DNA of 64,000 nt from Candidatus Binatia bacterium (GTDB taxonomy: Bacteria > Desulfobacterota > Binatia > Bin18). How positions within the stretch are numbered: position 1 is the stretch's first letter; each line of letters begins with the position of its first letter. The stretch lies in NCBI GenBank assembly GCA_963666315.2, contig CAXXHG010000043.1, positions 640,001 to 704,000 on the forward strand, given 5' to 3'. Positions 63,668-64,000 of this stretch are shown one piece after another. A program made the translations under genes and the position numbers. The notes beneath the pieces were generated by a model, which did not search any database, had not been told where the DNA came from, and was given only the letters and a program-made list of their open reading frames with translations.

Positions 63668-63775
63668 GGTATGCCTCTTCTATGCCGTATCATTTTACTC
63701 TTATCGTACGTCTCGAAAGCAATAAGAACAAGATTATTTTACTATCCAAGCTAAGCAAAAGAGCCTTTCGTGAAT

Positions 63776-64000
63776 CTACTTCCCCTCCAACCATTGATTA
63801 AACTTCGCTGGCCGGTTTTCCTGAAACGCTTGCATGCCTTCCATGGCATCCGGGTGATGGTCGGAGACCGCAGTCTTGGACGCGATTTCGTCCAGCGACT
63901 GGGCAAACGTCATTTCAGCCGCGTTGTAGATTGAGCGTTTGAGCATACGCATAGAAACCTGCGGGCCGTTAGCCAGCTCGCGCGCAAGGTCCAGCGTCCG
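63776..64000 (-). CDS. Enoyl-CoA hydratase/isomerase, 3' end
   Basis: LARELANGPQVSMRMLKRSI...DAMEGMQAFQENRPAKF. Confidence 0.85.
   Translation of the reverse strand, partial: RTLDLARELANGPQVSMRMLKRSIYNAAEMTFAQSLDEIASKTAVSDHHPDAMEGMQAFQENRPAKFNQWLEGK

Overview
About 55% GC DNA from a Gram-negative bacterium; gene content resembles Deltaproteobacteria/Candidatus Binatia, which is inference only. The core is an intact sigma54-driven nitrogen island (about 14-38.5 kb). It has a split urease cluster (ureB-ureGDEF divergent from porin-urtABCDE-ureA-ureC), a cation:proton antiporter-PTS EIIA fusion, a GAF kinase/NtrC-like pair, porin-glnK-(deleted amtB), a ferritin-like gene and glnE. Flanks carry lexA, fliA, hydrolases, housekeeping genes, TA modules, IS remnants and many pseudogenes. 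Best leads: (1) a c-di-GMP-I-type riboswitch ahead of fliA with G instead of the ligand-pairing C92; (2) an orphan sigma54 promoter with an NtrC-like site driving a probable CU-rich two-hairpin sRNA; (3) an aminotransferase-Mur ligase fusion; (4) an E. coli-type SOS box in front of a LexA with a non-E. coli recognition helix. All calls were made by eye, with no database searches.
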